Of a DNA stretch of 27,235 bases, positions 18,189-27,157 are shown one piece after another. The translations under genes were made by a program, and so were the position numbers. This DNA is from an uncultured Chloroflexia bacterium (GTDB lineage Bacteria; Chloroflexota; Dehalococcoidia; GIF9; UBA5629), in the NCBI GenBank assembly GCA_963827985.1, contig CAWHDI010000015.1, positions 1 through 27,235 on the forward strand, read 5' to 3'. Numbering within the stretch: the first letter of the stretch is position 1; each line of letters starts with the position of its first letter. Under the pieces are notes generated by a model that saw only the letters and a list, made by a program, of their open reading frames with translations, ran no database searches and had not been told where the DNA came from.

Positions 18189-19268
18189 CTAAACTCCAGA
18201 TATTTCCTGGAGATAAGTGGCATCCACCGATCCGGCGTCATCTTTGCTGAAAAATTTGAACCTGTTTCGTCCGTGTCCTTTACAGTAATACATCGCGGCG
18301 TCAGATTTCTTAACCAGAGTTTCCATGTCATCTCCATTCTGGGGATAAATTGCGATGCCAATGCTAACCGACAAATGTAGCTCCTGACCGTTGATAAAGA
18401 TAGGCTCTGTAAGTGAATCGAGAATCTTCCGGGCAATGTTAGCGGCGTCTCTTCTCTTCTTGGTGTTCTGCATCAATAATATGAACTCGTCTCCCCCAAT
18501 ACGTGCCAAAGTATCACTGGCTCGCACAACCTCGGTCAACCGGTTGCTCACGCCTTTCAGGACGCTGTCACCCATTTGATGGCCGAACGTGTCATTGATG
18601 GATTTGAACTTGTCCAGGTCCAATGACATGAGGACAAGCCCGGTTTTGCTGCGGTGAGCCAATGCTGCGGCCACGTTGAACCGGTCGGATAGCAACGCCC
18701 TGTTTGGTAACCCGGTCAGATGGTCATGCGTCGCCATTTGTTCGAGTTTAGATTGCATCTGTTTGCGCTGGGTGATATCATGCTCCAACTCTAAATTGGC
18801 CTTCTCTAATTCGGAGGTCCTTTGCCGTACCAGGTCTTCAAGATGATTCTGGTACTCAGTGAGCTTTGCTTCAGTCTGCTTCCGCACAGCGATTTCTCGA
18901 GTCGCCTGCTCGTTTTTATTACGAAGGTTGGATGCCAAATAACTTAATAACACTCCCACAAGGAGAAATATGACGATTATCGGCGCATTCCGTATGTCGG
19001 ATAAACTGACGAATGTGTACAGTGGGGGTATAAAGAAGTAATCGTAGGCCACTAAACTAAGAACACAAACCAGGATGGATGGACCCAGTCCGAAGAAAAT
19101 AGCCGTCGGGACGATTGCCAGAATATAGGTGATGGGCACATCGGCCGGGATTATTGCCGGTTGGGCCACGTATTTTAACCAGGTGGCCAAGATTACCGAT
19201 CCAACCGCCGAAACGTAACCCCACCAGTTGAAAGACACTCTCTTTTCAGGCTTTCCAGTTTTGCTCAT
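18189..19268 (-). CDS. Membrane-anchored diguanylate cyclase (GGDEF domain) with about 5 N-terminal TM helices and a coiled-coil linker
   Basis: Signature RIGGDEFILL. Upstream HDHLTGLPNRALL and LDLDKFKSINDTFGHQMGD are the GGDEF active-site/I-site region. 359 aa, intact. Confidence 0.9.
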   Translation of the reverse strand: MSKTGKPEKRVSFNWWGYVSAVGSVILATWLKYVAQPAIIPADVPITYILAIVPTAIFFGLGPSILVCVLSLVAYDYFFIPPLYTFVSLSDIRNAPIIVIFLLVGVLLSYLASNLRNKNEQATREIAVRKQTEAKLTEYQNHLEDLVRQRTSELEKANLELEHDITQRKQMQSKLEQMATHDHLTGLPNRALLSDRFNVAAALAHRSKTGLVLMSLDLDKFKSINDTFGHQMGDSVLKGVSNRLTEVVRASDTLARIGGDEFILLMQNTKKRRDAANIARKILDSLTEPIFINGQELHLSVSIGIAIYPQNGDDMETLVKKSDAAMYYCKGHGRNRFKFFSKDDAGSVDATYLQEISGV

Positions 19269-19390
19269 CGGTTCTCTTGCACAACTTCACATTAGTCTGA
19301 ACCACAATATAGATTCGAAGACAATCCAATGATTGGCATATCGCTATAATACAGCCGCGGCAATAGAAAAATCATAAAAATACTATAAAT

Positions 19391-19412
19391 AATGTGAAAT
19401 AATTGTCACATT
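19391..19412 (+). promoter_or_regulatory. Inverted repeat AATGTGA-N8-TCACATT about 125 bp upstream of the GGDEF gene start. CRP/FNR-like half-sites with non-canonical spacing.
   Basis: Seen directly in an AT-rich promoter region. Confidence 0.3.
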
Positions 19413-19566
19413 TTACAGGATGTACCAGCTGATTTAAGCTTATATGATCTATTGCCAGTGAAGACCCCATCAAGCCAGACAACTTTCCCCCACAGCCAGG
19501 ACCCCCAATTCCTTCTTGATCGCCGTGCTATTTTAGTCGTGGCGTTATATTGACACCGCCTCGCAA

Positions 19567-20760
19567 TCAATCCGATATAAATCTGCGTTCAAAATTGGCG
19601 GGCGCAATTATCTTAACTGCAAACGAGGGGATCAACCTGAAATGATAGAGCTCCAGCAGAAGATTCAGCACACTCCTGTAAGGGCTTCTTTTCTCGGCGC
19701 TGCTCTTGACTCTCATGAATTTTTCCTGGGCCATGGCGGTCGCATAGCTTTTGAGCGGTATCCTCTTTTCCTCAGCCCGTTGGATCAGTCCATCAAGCTT
19801 CATCCTGTAGATCCGCTCGATGAACTTTCTGATATAGTTTTCTCCCAATCCGGCAACATGCATGCTGGTACCCATCGCACCGCCGCAATTAGCCACAAAA
19901 TCGGGGATGAAGAGCACTCCGCTATCCTGAATAATACCATCGGCATCCTCAACAGTCGGGGCATTGGCTCCGGGAGAAATGATTTTGGCAGAGACTTTTG
20001 AGGCATTCGTTGAATTTATGCTGTGTGAGTGACCACAGGGCGACAGTATGTCGACCTTGAGTTCAAGCAGCCTGGCAGTGTCCAATCTTTCAGCGTCGGT
20101 AAATACCTGCACGACGCGGTCTCCCACCTGCTTCCGCAACTCAATCAATTGCGGTACGTTTAGCCCTTCGCGGGCATAAATTGCTCCCAGCCGCGTGGAA
20201 ATGGCAACAACTTTCAATCCCATCTGCCAATATGCAAGCGCAGCGCTGGTACCGACGCTCCCAAATCCCTCTACGGCAACGGTTGCCCGGCTCAGATCCA
20301 AACCGATATGAGCAGCTGCGGCAATGCCGGCCGTGCAAACGGTTAATCCCGTATAGAATCCCGAATTGTCGTGCAACCCCCTGGGTTGAGTAGTGATCCC
20401 TACTGATCTGAGCAAATAGCGGATATCGGCATCATACACGCCCAGGTCACCTGAAGGAACATAGCTACGAGTGGTAATAAACGGCTTCAATCCCTCGCCG
20501 AATTTTGTCAGCAGCTGTTTCTTTGCATCCGGGTCGATATCGGAAGGAGCAACGATCAGCGCTTTTGCGCCACCCAGCGGCAAACCCAGAAACCCATGCT
20601 TCAATGTCATGGCACGGGCGATATCCCTGAGAATGACAGGTGAAAACTCAGGCGACATCCGTACCCCGCCGTATGCGCGCCCGTTAATCACAGAATCAAT
20701 CATTAAATACGCTTGAAAATCGGATCCCGGGCTGGCGACACTGATCAATATCGGCTTCAA
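19567..20760 (-). CDS. Glu/Leu/Phe/Val dehydrogenase-family amino-acid dehydrogenase (Leu/Val-DH-like)
   Basis: N-terminal AYLMIDSVINGRAYGGVRMSP (GPALGG(A/T)R-like), the family motif LGLPLGGAKALI, and the Rossmann motif AVEGFGSVGTSAA. TTG start overlaps the upstream methyltransferase stop (TTGA). Confidence 0.8.
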   Translation of the reverse strand: MKPILISVASPGSDFQAYLMIDSVINGRAYGGVRMSPEFSPVILRDIARAMTLKHGFLGLPLGGAKALIVAPSDIDPDAKKQLLTKFGEGLKPFITTRSYVPSGDLGVYDADIRYLLRSVGITTQPRGLHDNSGFYTGLTVCTAGIAAAAHIGLDLSRATVAVEGFGSVGTSAALAYWQMGLKVVAISTRLGAIYAREGLNVPQLIELRKQVGDRVVQVFTDAERLDTARLLELKVDILSPCGHSHSINSTNASKVSAKIISPGANAPTVEDADGIIQDSGVLFIPDFVANCGGAMGTSMHVAGLGENYIRKFIERIYRMKLDGLIQRAEEKRIPLKSYATAMAQEKFMRVKSSAEKRSPYRSVLNLLLELYHFRLIPSFAVKIIAPANFERRFISD

Positions 20761-21581
20761 CGGCCCGCTCCTGCAGTCCTTTTGACGGCCCTTATGGCGA
20801 TGTAAAGGCCGGTCAGGTATTTTGTCCTTCTGGCCTCCAGGCTGTCAAGCAAACTCAGACCATTCTCGATTATTCGCGCTGATTTCGCCGGATCGATCTT
20901 TCTGATCAGGCTCACAGCAGTCCTGGTTATCAACCTGGGATTATGTATGATTGCTGTTCTGTCTGTGACATCAAAACCGATCCTTTGCAGCGTTTGTTTT
21001 GCTTCTACAATTGACAGGGTGCATCCGCTGAAATAGGGCGACAGTCCCCATCTGATCCAGAGCCGGAAAAACGGCTCCGTCAAATTTGATTTATTGTCCA
21101 ACGTCAGAATCAATGTGCCACCCGGCTCCAATACACGCCAAATTTCTGCAAGGGCAACAGAAATATCTTCCCTTCTAACGTAGTGATCCAATGTGGAATT
21201 TGAAATCACCAGATCAAAAGAGCCCTGCCCAAAAGGCAGTTTCCTTGCGTCACAGCAAATGCATTCGACATTGCCAGCACAAAGTTGCTTTGACCTCTGC
21301 CGGGCCCTTGCGGCAACTCTGGGAGAAATATCCATGCCAACTACCTCTCGATTCCGCCCGGCCAGGTCAAATAGAAACTGGTCTGTTCCCAGGGATTCTT
21401 CAAAGAGGTCCGTCTTTAAAAGCCGTCTGACACTGCTCATATCAGCCCATCTGGATATCAGATTAAGATGAGTTTTTTTCTTATGCAGACAAAGGATGTC
21501 GTCGATATGATATCGACCATCCATCCTGTCTACTATTTGATCCCAGTAGGCTGGACTATTGGAGTTTGGACCTTCGCCCAT
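20757..21581 (-). CDS. Class I SAM-dependent methyltransferase (Methyltransf_11/25-like, degenerate motif I)
   Basis: VVGMDISPRVAARARQR, FDLVISNSTLDH and LEPGGTLILT are the post-I, II and III motifs. Translationally coupled to the dehydrogenase gene. Confidence 0.7.
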   Translation of the reverse strand: MGEGPNSNSPAYWDQIVDRMDGRYHIDDILCLHKKKTHLNLISRWADMSSVRRLLKTDLFEESLGTDQFLFDLAGRNREVVGMDISPRVAARARQRSKQLCAGNVECICCDARKLPFGQGSFDLVISNSTLDHYVRREDISVALAEIWRVLEPGGTLILTLDNKSNLTEPFFRLWIRWGLSPYFSGCTLSIVEAKQTLQRIGFDVTDRTAIIHNPRLITRTAVSLIRKIDPAKSARIIENGLSLLDSLEARRTKYLTGLYIAIRAVKRTAGAGR

Positions 21582-21689
21582 GCAAGATAATATATCACTA
21601 ACGTGCTTTTACACGGAAATAGTCATCTTAGCGGACGTTCAAGTGCGCCGGTACATGCCCGAACTCAAGGGACCTTGTTGTTCGTTGAC

Positions 21690-21718
21690 AATTCCATATA
21701 AAATGTAAGATTGGAATT
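21690..21718 (+). promoter_or_regulatory. Inverted repeat AATTCCA-N15-TGGAATT adjacent to a TTGACA hexamer, in the divergent region between the methyltransferase/dehydrogenase operon and the PaaK-like gene
   Basis: Seen directly. The 7-bp arms are perfect. Confidence 0.25.
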
Positions 21719-21860
21719 GGGGCATTTAGTAATATCAGCAATTGTCCTACCGGATTATCACCAAGTCAAACAGGGATAGAGGAATATTCGTGTACAGCTT
21801 TATAGCAAGGCATGTTTTGGCTCCCGCGCTGGACATTTTTAGAGGCACGCAAGCGATGAA

Positions 21861-23171
21861 ATGCTCAGAGAGCTTGAGAAAAGCCAGTGGTGGTCACGCG
21901 ACAAAATACTGGAGTTAGCAGAATCAACGGCTGAGACTGCTCGTGAAGCACGCCTACGAAAACGTGCCCTACTATCGCCGTATATTTGATGAGAGAGGCC
22001 TCAGACCGGGCGATATAGAAAACAGCCATGACCTCGTGAAACTGCCCATATTAACCAAGAAGATCATCCGAAGCAATTTTAATGAAATTACTGCCACGGG
22101 CTTCCCCAAAGAACGAACGTGCGTGATAGCCACCGGGGGTTCAACCGGGCAGCCGCTGGTAGTTCTATACTACAAGGCGAGACCACAAGGATTTGTGCAT
22201 CGCTGCATCGCAAAGAGCACGTTCCGCGATCGGGTTTGAGCTTGGAGACAAAAGTGCAAGTATCAGAAATAGGTATCCATATGAATCGGAGAGCGAGAGG
22301 TTTTGGCAGGCACCGATCAGGTTCTTCCAAAGGACTTTGACACTCGATCTCGCAGCGATGTCCTCGGAAACCGCTAGAAAACTGGAAGATTTTCAGCCGA
22401 GATTTATAACAGGTTATCCATCTTCTATTGAGCAACTGGCACGAATCATCCAAATTAAGGGAAAATCGAGGATCAGGCCCAGGGCAATAATAACTGACTC
22501 AGAACAGCTTTATGAGCACCAGCGAGAACTCTTCCGGGAAGTATTTGGCTGTGACACATACGACATTTACGACTGCACAAGAAGAACATCTAATCGCCTT
22601 CGAATGCAAAGAGCATTCAGGCTATCATATTGCAGCAGAAAACGTAATTGTGGAGAGTTGTGAATGCTGAAGGTGAGCCAGAGCCTGTGGCTGCGGGAAA
22701 AGAGGGACGGATATTAATTACAAACCTGCACAATTATGCTATGCCCTTTATCAGATATGACTATTGGTGATATGGGCGATCGGTTCTGATGCGGCTTGCC
22801 CCTGCGGCAGGGGTCTGCCCCTGCTGGCGGCAATAAATGGCAGAACCTGGGACACGATAATAACCAGGAGCAGGGGAACAATACCGGGCATGCGTCTATA
22901 CCAGCCCTTCAGATCCCTTGCACATCTGGGCGTTGAGCAATGCCAGATCGTGCAGGAGACTTATGAGAAGGTATTGATAAAGCTGGTCTGCCGGGCAAAG
23001 AATATTCGCAGGAGCAAATGGACAAGGTAAACGAGAAGGTTGACAGCGGAATATAAACGCATTCTTGGGGAAGACATGGATATTGTCATAGAATTGGTCG
23101 ACCGAATACCTCCCACCCCAATGGGAAAAAGAAGAATTGTCATTTCTAATCTTCCGCAGGAAAGCGACTAG
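21861..23171 (+). pseudogene. PaaK/CapK-family adenylate-forming ligase (phenylacetate-CoA ligase / F390-synthetase-like), fragmented by at least 6 +/-1 frameshifts
   Basis: The segments run in order through three frames. Upstream reading MLRELEKSQWWSRDKILELAESTAE (ATG 21861); ORF 21943..22239 LLVKHAYENVPYYRRIFDERGLRPGDIENSHDLVKLPILTKK...; ORF 22193..22663 ...FITGYPSSIEQLARIIQIKGKSRIRPRAIITDSEQLYEHQRELFREVFGCDTYDIYDCT; hand-translated IAFECKEHSGYHIAAENVIVES; hand-translated AEGEPEPVAAGKEGRILITNLHNYAMPFIRYDYW; ORF 22764..23030 ...CPCGRGLPLLAAINGRTWDTII...; hand-translated DMDIVIELVDRIPPTPMGKRRIV. This is the canonical family order. Confidence 0.65.
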
Positions 23172-23400
23172 AACCTTGCAATATAAACGAGTTGGCGACC
23201 CACCGGATATGGTCGAGTATAACGGGTCGATCGTATGGGTCCCGCTATGACTTAGTTGATTTTACATATGCCATATTATATTCTTATGCTGTGCCGAAGA
23301 GAGGGTAAGCGGCACGTCATTGAAACATATTGACCTCGTATTACGCACATGAATGTTAAAGGCGCACCAGTCCACAGATAAAATGCAGAAAGGTAGAAGA

Positions 23401-24209
23401 ATGTACGATTTTTCAAACAAAACAATTATTATAACCGGCGCTTCCGGCGGCATAGGCACAGCACTTGCCAGGGAGTTGGGCAAAAGAGGGGCAAAACTGG
23501 TTTTCGCCGATATAAATATTAACGGCATGGAATCCTCCGCTTCAGGTTTGACCTCAGATCCGCTGATTATTAAATGCGACATTACGGACAGGGCGGATGT
23601 AAAAAAGCTTGTCAATCGGCCGTAAACAAATTTTCAAAAATTGATATATTGATAAACAACGCAGGGATTATCAGGCCAGGGCTTTTTGAAGACAGCAGCT
23701 ATGAAGACATTGACGCCCAGATGAAGGTGAATTTTATGGGGGCCGTCAACTGCACAAGAGAAGTTGTGGCCGTAATGATACCTGCCAAACAGGGCCATAT
23801 CGTTACGATTTCCTCGCTGGCCGGTCTCGTTCCCGAAACCTACAGCACAATTTATACGGCATCGAAATTCGCCTTAAGGGGCTTTTTCCTGACCCTGGGG
23901 ATAGAGCTGAGAAAGCATAACATAAGGGTGTCGACTATTTTCCCTGACTCGGTCAAAACACCCATGCTGGAATATGAGGCCTCCCATGGCGGCTCTCCGC
24001 TTACTTTCCTGGGCGATGCACAAAGTCCTGAAAAGATAGTTCAAGCTGTAATCAAGGCGATTGAAAAAAGAAGCCCCGAAATATATGCGCCAGCTTCAAC
24101 CGGTAATTTTTCAAAGATAATCATGTGCTGGCCTTGGCTTGTTACGAAACTCTGGCCGCTGCTGGAACAGATCGGAGAAAAAAATAAAAAATCCTATATT
24201 AAGAAGTGA
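23401..24209 (+). CDS. SDR-family short-chain dehydrogenase/reductase; one apparent 1-nt deletion at about 23615-23620
   Basis: ORF 23353..23625 has TGASGGIGTALARELGKRGAKLV (cofactor-binding). ORF 23574..24209 has NNAG, the catalytic YTASKFAL and PDSVKTPM. Inserting a single T (aat tcg) restores ...DVKKLVNSAVNKFSKIDILINNAG. Confidence 0.75.
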
Positions 24210-24218
24210 GGTGCTGAA

Positions 24219-24596
24219 ATGACTGCAATTGCCATACTTGAGCTGCTGACCGCCGTCGGGTTAATACTGTTCTGGATAGGCTTTTTTACCATAGGCCTCG
24301 CGCCGAAAAATCCTCCGAAAGGATATATGGAGTATGAGCACTCCTTCCCACTGCCTGATGGATTGCTGGCCCTATTGCTGCTGGCGGCCGGCATACTGCT
24401 ATTGTTAAATAATCCGTGGGGCAATCATTTGTCCGTGATAGCTGCCGGCGCGCTGATATTTCTGGGGGTGCTGGACTTCAGCTTCAATATCCAGAACGGC
24501 GTATACAATATCTCCAAAAGTGACCTGATATTAAACGCTTTCATCAACATTTGGTGCATTGGCTTTGGTATCGCTATTGCCATACTGATAGTCTGA
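24219..24596 (+). CDS. Small integral membrane protein (about 4 TM), function unknown
   Basis: GAGGTG RBS. Sequence MTAIAILELLTAVGLILFWIGFFTIGL...LALLLLAAGILLLL...VIAAGALIFLGVLDF...NIWCIGFGIAIAILIV. Confidence 0.55.
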   Translation: MTAIAILELLTAVGLILFWIGFFTIGLAPKNPPKGYMEYEHSFPLPDGLLALLLLAAGILLLLNNPWGNHLSVIAAGALIFLGVLDFSFNIQNGVYNISKSDLILNAFINIWCIGFGIAIAILIV

Positions 24597-24709
24597 AAAA
24601 CTGGGGCCTGATCGCCTGGTTATTGACGCCCCGGATTTATTCGCACATGCCTGATTTCGGGATGAAAAGGCTACTAAACCGCTCATCCATTATAAACAGG
24701 GAGGACGAT

Positions 24710-26446
24710 ATGCAGTACGATCTGCTCATTCGCAAGGGTACTATTGTCGATGGCAGCGGCAAGGAGCGCTATCAGGGCGACGTCGCCGTTCAGGGCGATG
24801 TTATTGCCGAAATAGGAAACCTGGCAGATGCGACAGGCGCCATCGAGATAGATGCCCAGGGCAAGATCGTCTGTCCCGGTTTCATCGATATTCATTCACA
24901 TGTGGATCTGGCTATTGCCGATCCGATGCATGTCGATCGATTGGAGCCGCTCGTCAGGCAGGGTGTAACTACAGTCATCGGCGGGAACTGCGGTTTCTCA
25001 AACTGCTTCGTCCCCCAGGAGAACCGGGAGGCGAACCTGACCAACCTGGAGAACCTCTCCGGGCAACCGCAGCGGGAGATTGTCGACTGGAGCACCCCGG
25101 CGGAGTTTTTCGAGCGACTGAAGCGGCAGGGGATGCTGCTAAACATGGGGACGCTCGTCGGCCATGGTTCGTTGCGGATTGCCGCCTCTGGTCTCGTAAC
25201 AAGGCTGCTGACTCACGATGAGCAAGCCCGTCTCGAACGGTACCTGGAGCAGGCGCTGGAAATGGGTTGCCTGGGCCTCTCCACCGGGCTGCAGTACTTC
25301 CCCGGTCTTCAGAGCGACACCGCCGAGCTGGTCGGGCTGGGTGGCATTCTGAAACGCAGCGGCGGAATATTCACGTCACACCTCAGGAGTTATGCCCATA
25401 CCGTTTCAAACGCCATCGATGAAGTGAGCGAAGTCGGCCGGCGCTGCGGTGTGCCGGTGCAGATATCGCACCTTTACTGGCAGCCCTATGCCAAGGGCTT
25501 GGGATGGGTAACCCGCAATGCCGCCAGGTTCGGCTCGTTTGCTTATAATACGCTCAAAATACCTGTACCCATTGAAAAGGGGCTCGAGGATAAGATCGAA
25601 CTCGTCGAAGCAGAGCGCCGTCATGGCGTGGATATCGCCTTCGACCTGGTGCCTACATCCCAAGGATTTACCGAGCTCTTCGCCTTCCTGCCGCCGTACG
25701 TGGCCGAAGGGAGCAAAGCTGAAGCCCTTGCACGGCTTAAGGACAAGGCCTTCCGGAAAAAGGTGCGGCACGATATCCTTAACGTCGAGCCGGATTGGCC
25801 CCACCGGGACGGCGCGACCTGGTCATTCAACTATATCAAGATGACCGGATGGGAAGGCCTGCGTGTAATGGCGGTTATAAGTGACCACAACCGGTGGATG
25901 GAGGGACTGACCTTCCCGGAGATCGGCGCCAAGCAGGGCAAAGAAGCGTTCGATGCCCTCTGCGATCTACTGGTAGAGGAAAAAGGCCAGGTCATGGTAT
26001 TCCATACTCCTCTCAAGCCCGACGATCCCTTTGCCTTCCGCTCCATGTGGTTGGGATTCACCTATCCCCACTCGGTTCCAGCGACCGATACCATCCTGAG
26101 GCCGCTCGGCAGGCCGGCGCACGTCTTCTATGATTGTTTTCCGCGCTTCATCTCCTTTTTCACCAAGCAAAAGCCACTGCTCACACTGGAAGAGGCGGTG
26201 CGCAAAACGACTTCCCGGCCGGCGGAGATCATGCATCTCAAACGCCGGGGTACCTTGCAAAAAGGCTACTACGCCGACATCACGGTCTTCGACTTTCCGT
26301 CTCTCGGGACCACCGCCACATTCGATACCCCGGCCGTTTACCCAAGCGGCATCGAGCATGTCATTATCAACGGCAGGCCGGTCCTCTCCTCCGGCAAAAT
26401 TAGAAAGGACATACGGGCGGGAACCGTCATCCGGCGGACGGATTAA
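24710..26446 (+). CDS. N-acyl-D-amino-acid deacylase (D-aminoacylase) family amidohydrolase
   Basis: AGGGAGG RBS lies 6 nt before the ATG. MQYDLLIRKGTIVDGSG...GDVAVQGDVIAEIGNL...AQGKIVCPGFIDIHSHVDL is the canonical D-aminoacylase N-terminus with the metal-binding HxH. 578 aa, intact. The upstream TTG extension (24551) is spurious. Confidence 0.85.
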   Translation: MQYDLLIRKGTIVDGSGKERYQGDVAVQGDVIAEIGNLADATGAIEIDAQGKIVCPGFIDIHSHVDLAIADPMHVDRLEPLVRQGVTTVIGGNCGFSNCFVPQENREANLTNLENLSGQPQREIVDWSTPAEFFERLKRQGMLLNMGTLVGHGSLRIAASGLVTRLLTHDEQARLERYLEQALEMGCLGLSTGLQYFPGLQSDTAELVGLGGILKRSGGIFTSHLRSYAHTVSNAIDEVSEVGRRCGVPVQISHLYWQPYAKGLGWVTRNAARFGSFAYNTLKIPVPIEKGLEDKIELVEAERRHGVDIAFDLVPTSQGFTELFAFLPPYVAEGSKAEALARLKDKAFRKKVRHDILNVEPDWPHRDGATWSFNYIKMTGWEGLRVMAVISDHNRWMEGLTFPEIGAKQGKEAFDALCDLLVEEKGQVMVFHTPLKPDDPFAFRSMWLGFTYPHSVPATDTILRPLGRPAHVFYDCFPRFISFFTKQKPLLTLEEAVRKTTSRPAEIMHLKRRGTLQKGYYADITVFDFPSLGTTATFDTPAVYPSGIEHVIINGRPVLSSGKIRKDIRAGTVIRRTD

Positions 26447-26520
26447 AACCAATAACCCATCACAATTGAGAGTTCTGAAGAGGAATAATGGAAGGGCAAT
26501 CTTAACGCACAGGCGAACTT

Positions 26521-26861
26521 CTATCCCAGGGTTATCCTGGTTCCGGTAATTCCCGCTAATGCATCCAGCGCCTTTCCAGGTGCGGTGATCAAAACCTCAC
26601 GGTGACGCCCCGCCGGGGTTGCCCTGAGGAATTTCAGGGACGCCATTATCTTTGGCTCCATGCTGCCAGCGCCGAATTGACCTTCTTTCAATAGCGCCTC
26701 AGCTTCGCCATCCGTAAGGCTGTACAGGGCTTTTGGGAAGCTTTGCCAAAATTTGAAAAAACAGTCTCAACCGCAGTTAAAATGAGCAGCACATCAGCGC
26801 CTATATCCATTGCCAGCCGTGCGGAAGCCATGTCCTTGTCGATGACAGCTTCAACACCATG
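26521..26861 (-). pseudogene. arcC: Carbamate kinase, C-terminal ~113 aa only. Truncated at the GC-content junction and carrying one internal frameshift.
   Basis: ...HGVEAVIDKDMASARLAMDIGADVLLILTAVETVFSNFGKASQK / frame switch at the caaaag run / ALYSLTDGEAEALLKEGQFGAGSMEPKIMASLKFLRATPAGRHREVLITAPGKALDALAGITGTRITLG*. This matches the carbamate-kinase C-terminus (GVEAVIDKD...ILTDV...AGSMGPK). Confidence 0.6.
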
Positions 26862-26895
26862 TGGCGGCGCCGGATCGCCCGCAACGCCGCCGCCC

Positions 26896-27081
26896 GCGTG
26901 CACCGCGGCAAGGAGCCTCCTGTTCGAGGGCCGCGTGGGCACGCTCCGGCGCTTCAAGGACGACGCCAACGAGGTGCGCGCCGGCCTGGAGTGCGGCATC
27001 CGGCTCGACGGTTTCGACGGTTATCAGGAGGGCGACGTCATCGAGTGCGTCGAGATCCAGAAGGTCCGCGCATCGCTCTGA
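26896..27081 (+). CDS. infB: Translation initiation factor IF-2, extreme C-terminal fragment only (about 70% GC)
   Basis: AARSLLFEGRVGTLRRFKDDANEVRAGLECGIRLDGFDGYQEGDVIECVEIQKV versus the E. coli IF-2 end [50 protein letters not shown]. Near-identical motif spacing. Confidence 0.75.
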   Translation, partial: ACTAARSLLFEGRVGTLRRFKDDANEVRAGLECGIRLDGFDGYQEGDVIECVEIQKVRASL

Positions 27082-27157
27082 GCCCCTCCGGAATGCGGCG
27101 ACCGGACGCCGGCCAGCGCGGAGGTGACCCGGCCGTTTCCCGCCCCCGGTTTCCCCG

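Noticed and set aside
24551-24709. N-terminal 53-aa extension (MVHWLWYRYC...) of the amidohydrolase ORF starting at TTG
   Set aside because: It overlaps the 3' end of the upstream small-membrane-protein gene. The true start is ATG 24,710, which has an AGGGAGG RBS, and the homologous N-terminus begins MQYDLLIR.
26862-26999. Minus-strand reading AVHAGGGVAGDPAPPH that superficially resembles the carbamate-kinase GGGG loop and would extend that gene into the GC-rich block
   Set aside because: The opposite strand encodes an unmistakable IF-2 C-terminus (RRFKDD.NEVR.G.ECGI...GDVIE). G/A/P-rich antisense translations of high-GC genes commonly mimic Gly-rich motifs.
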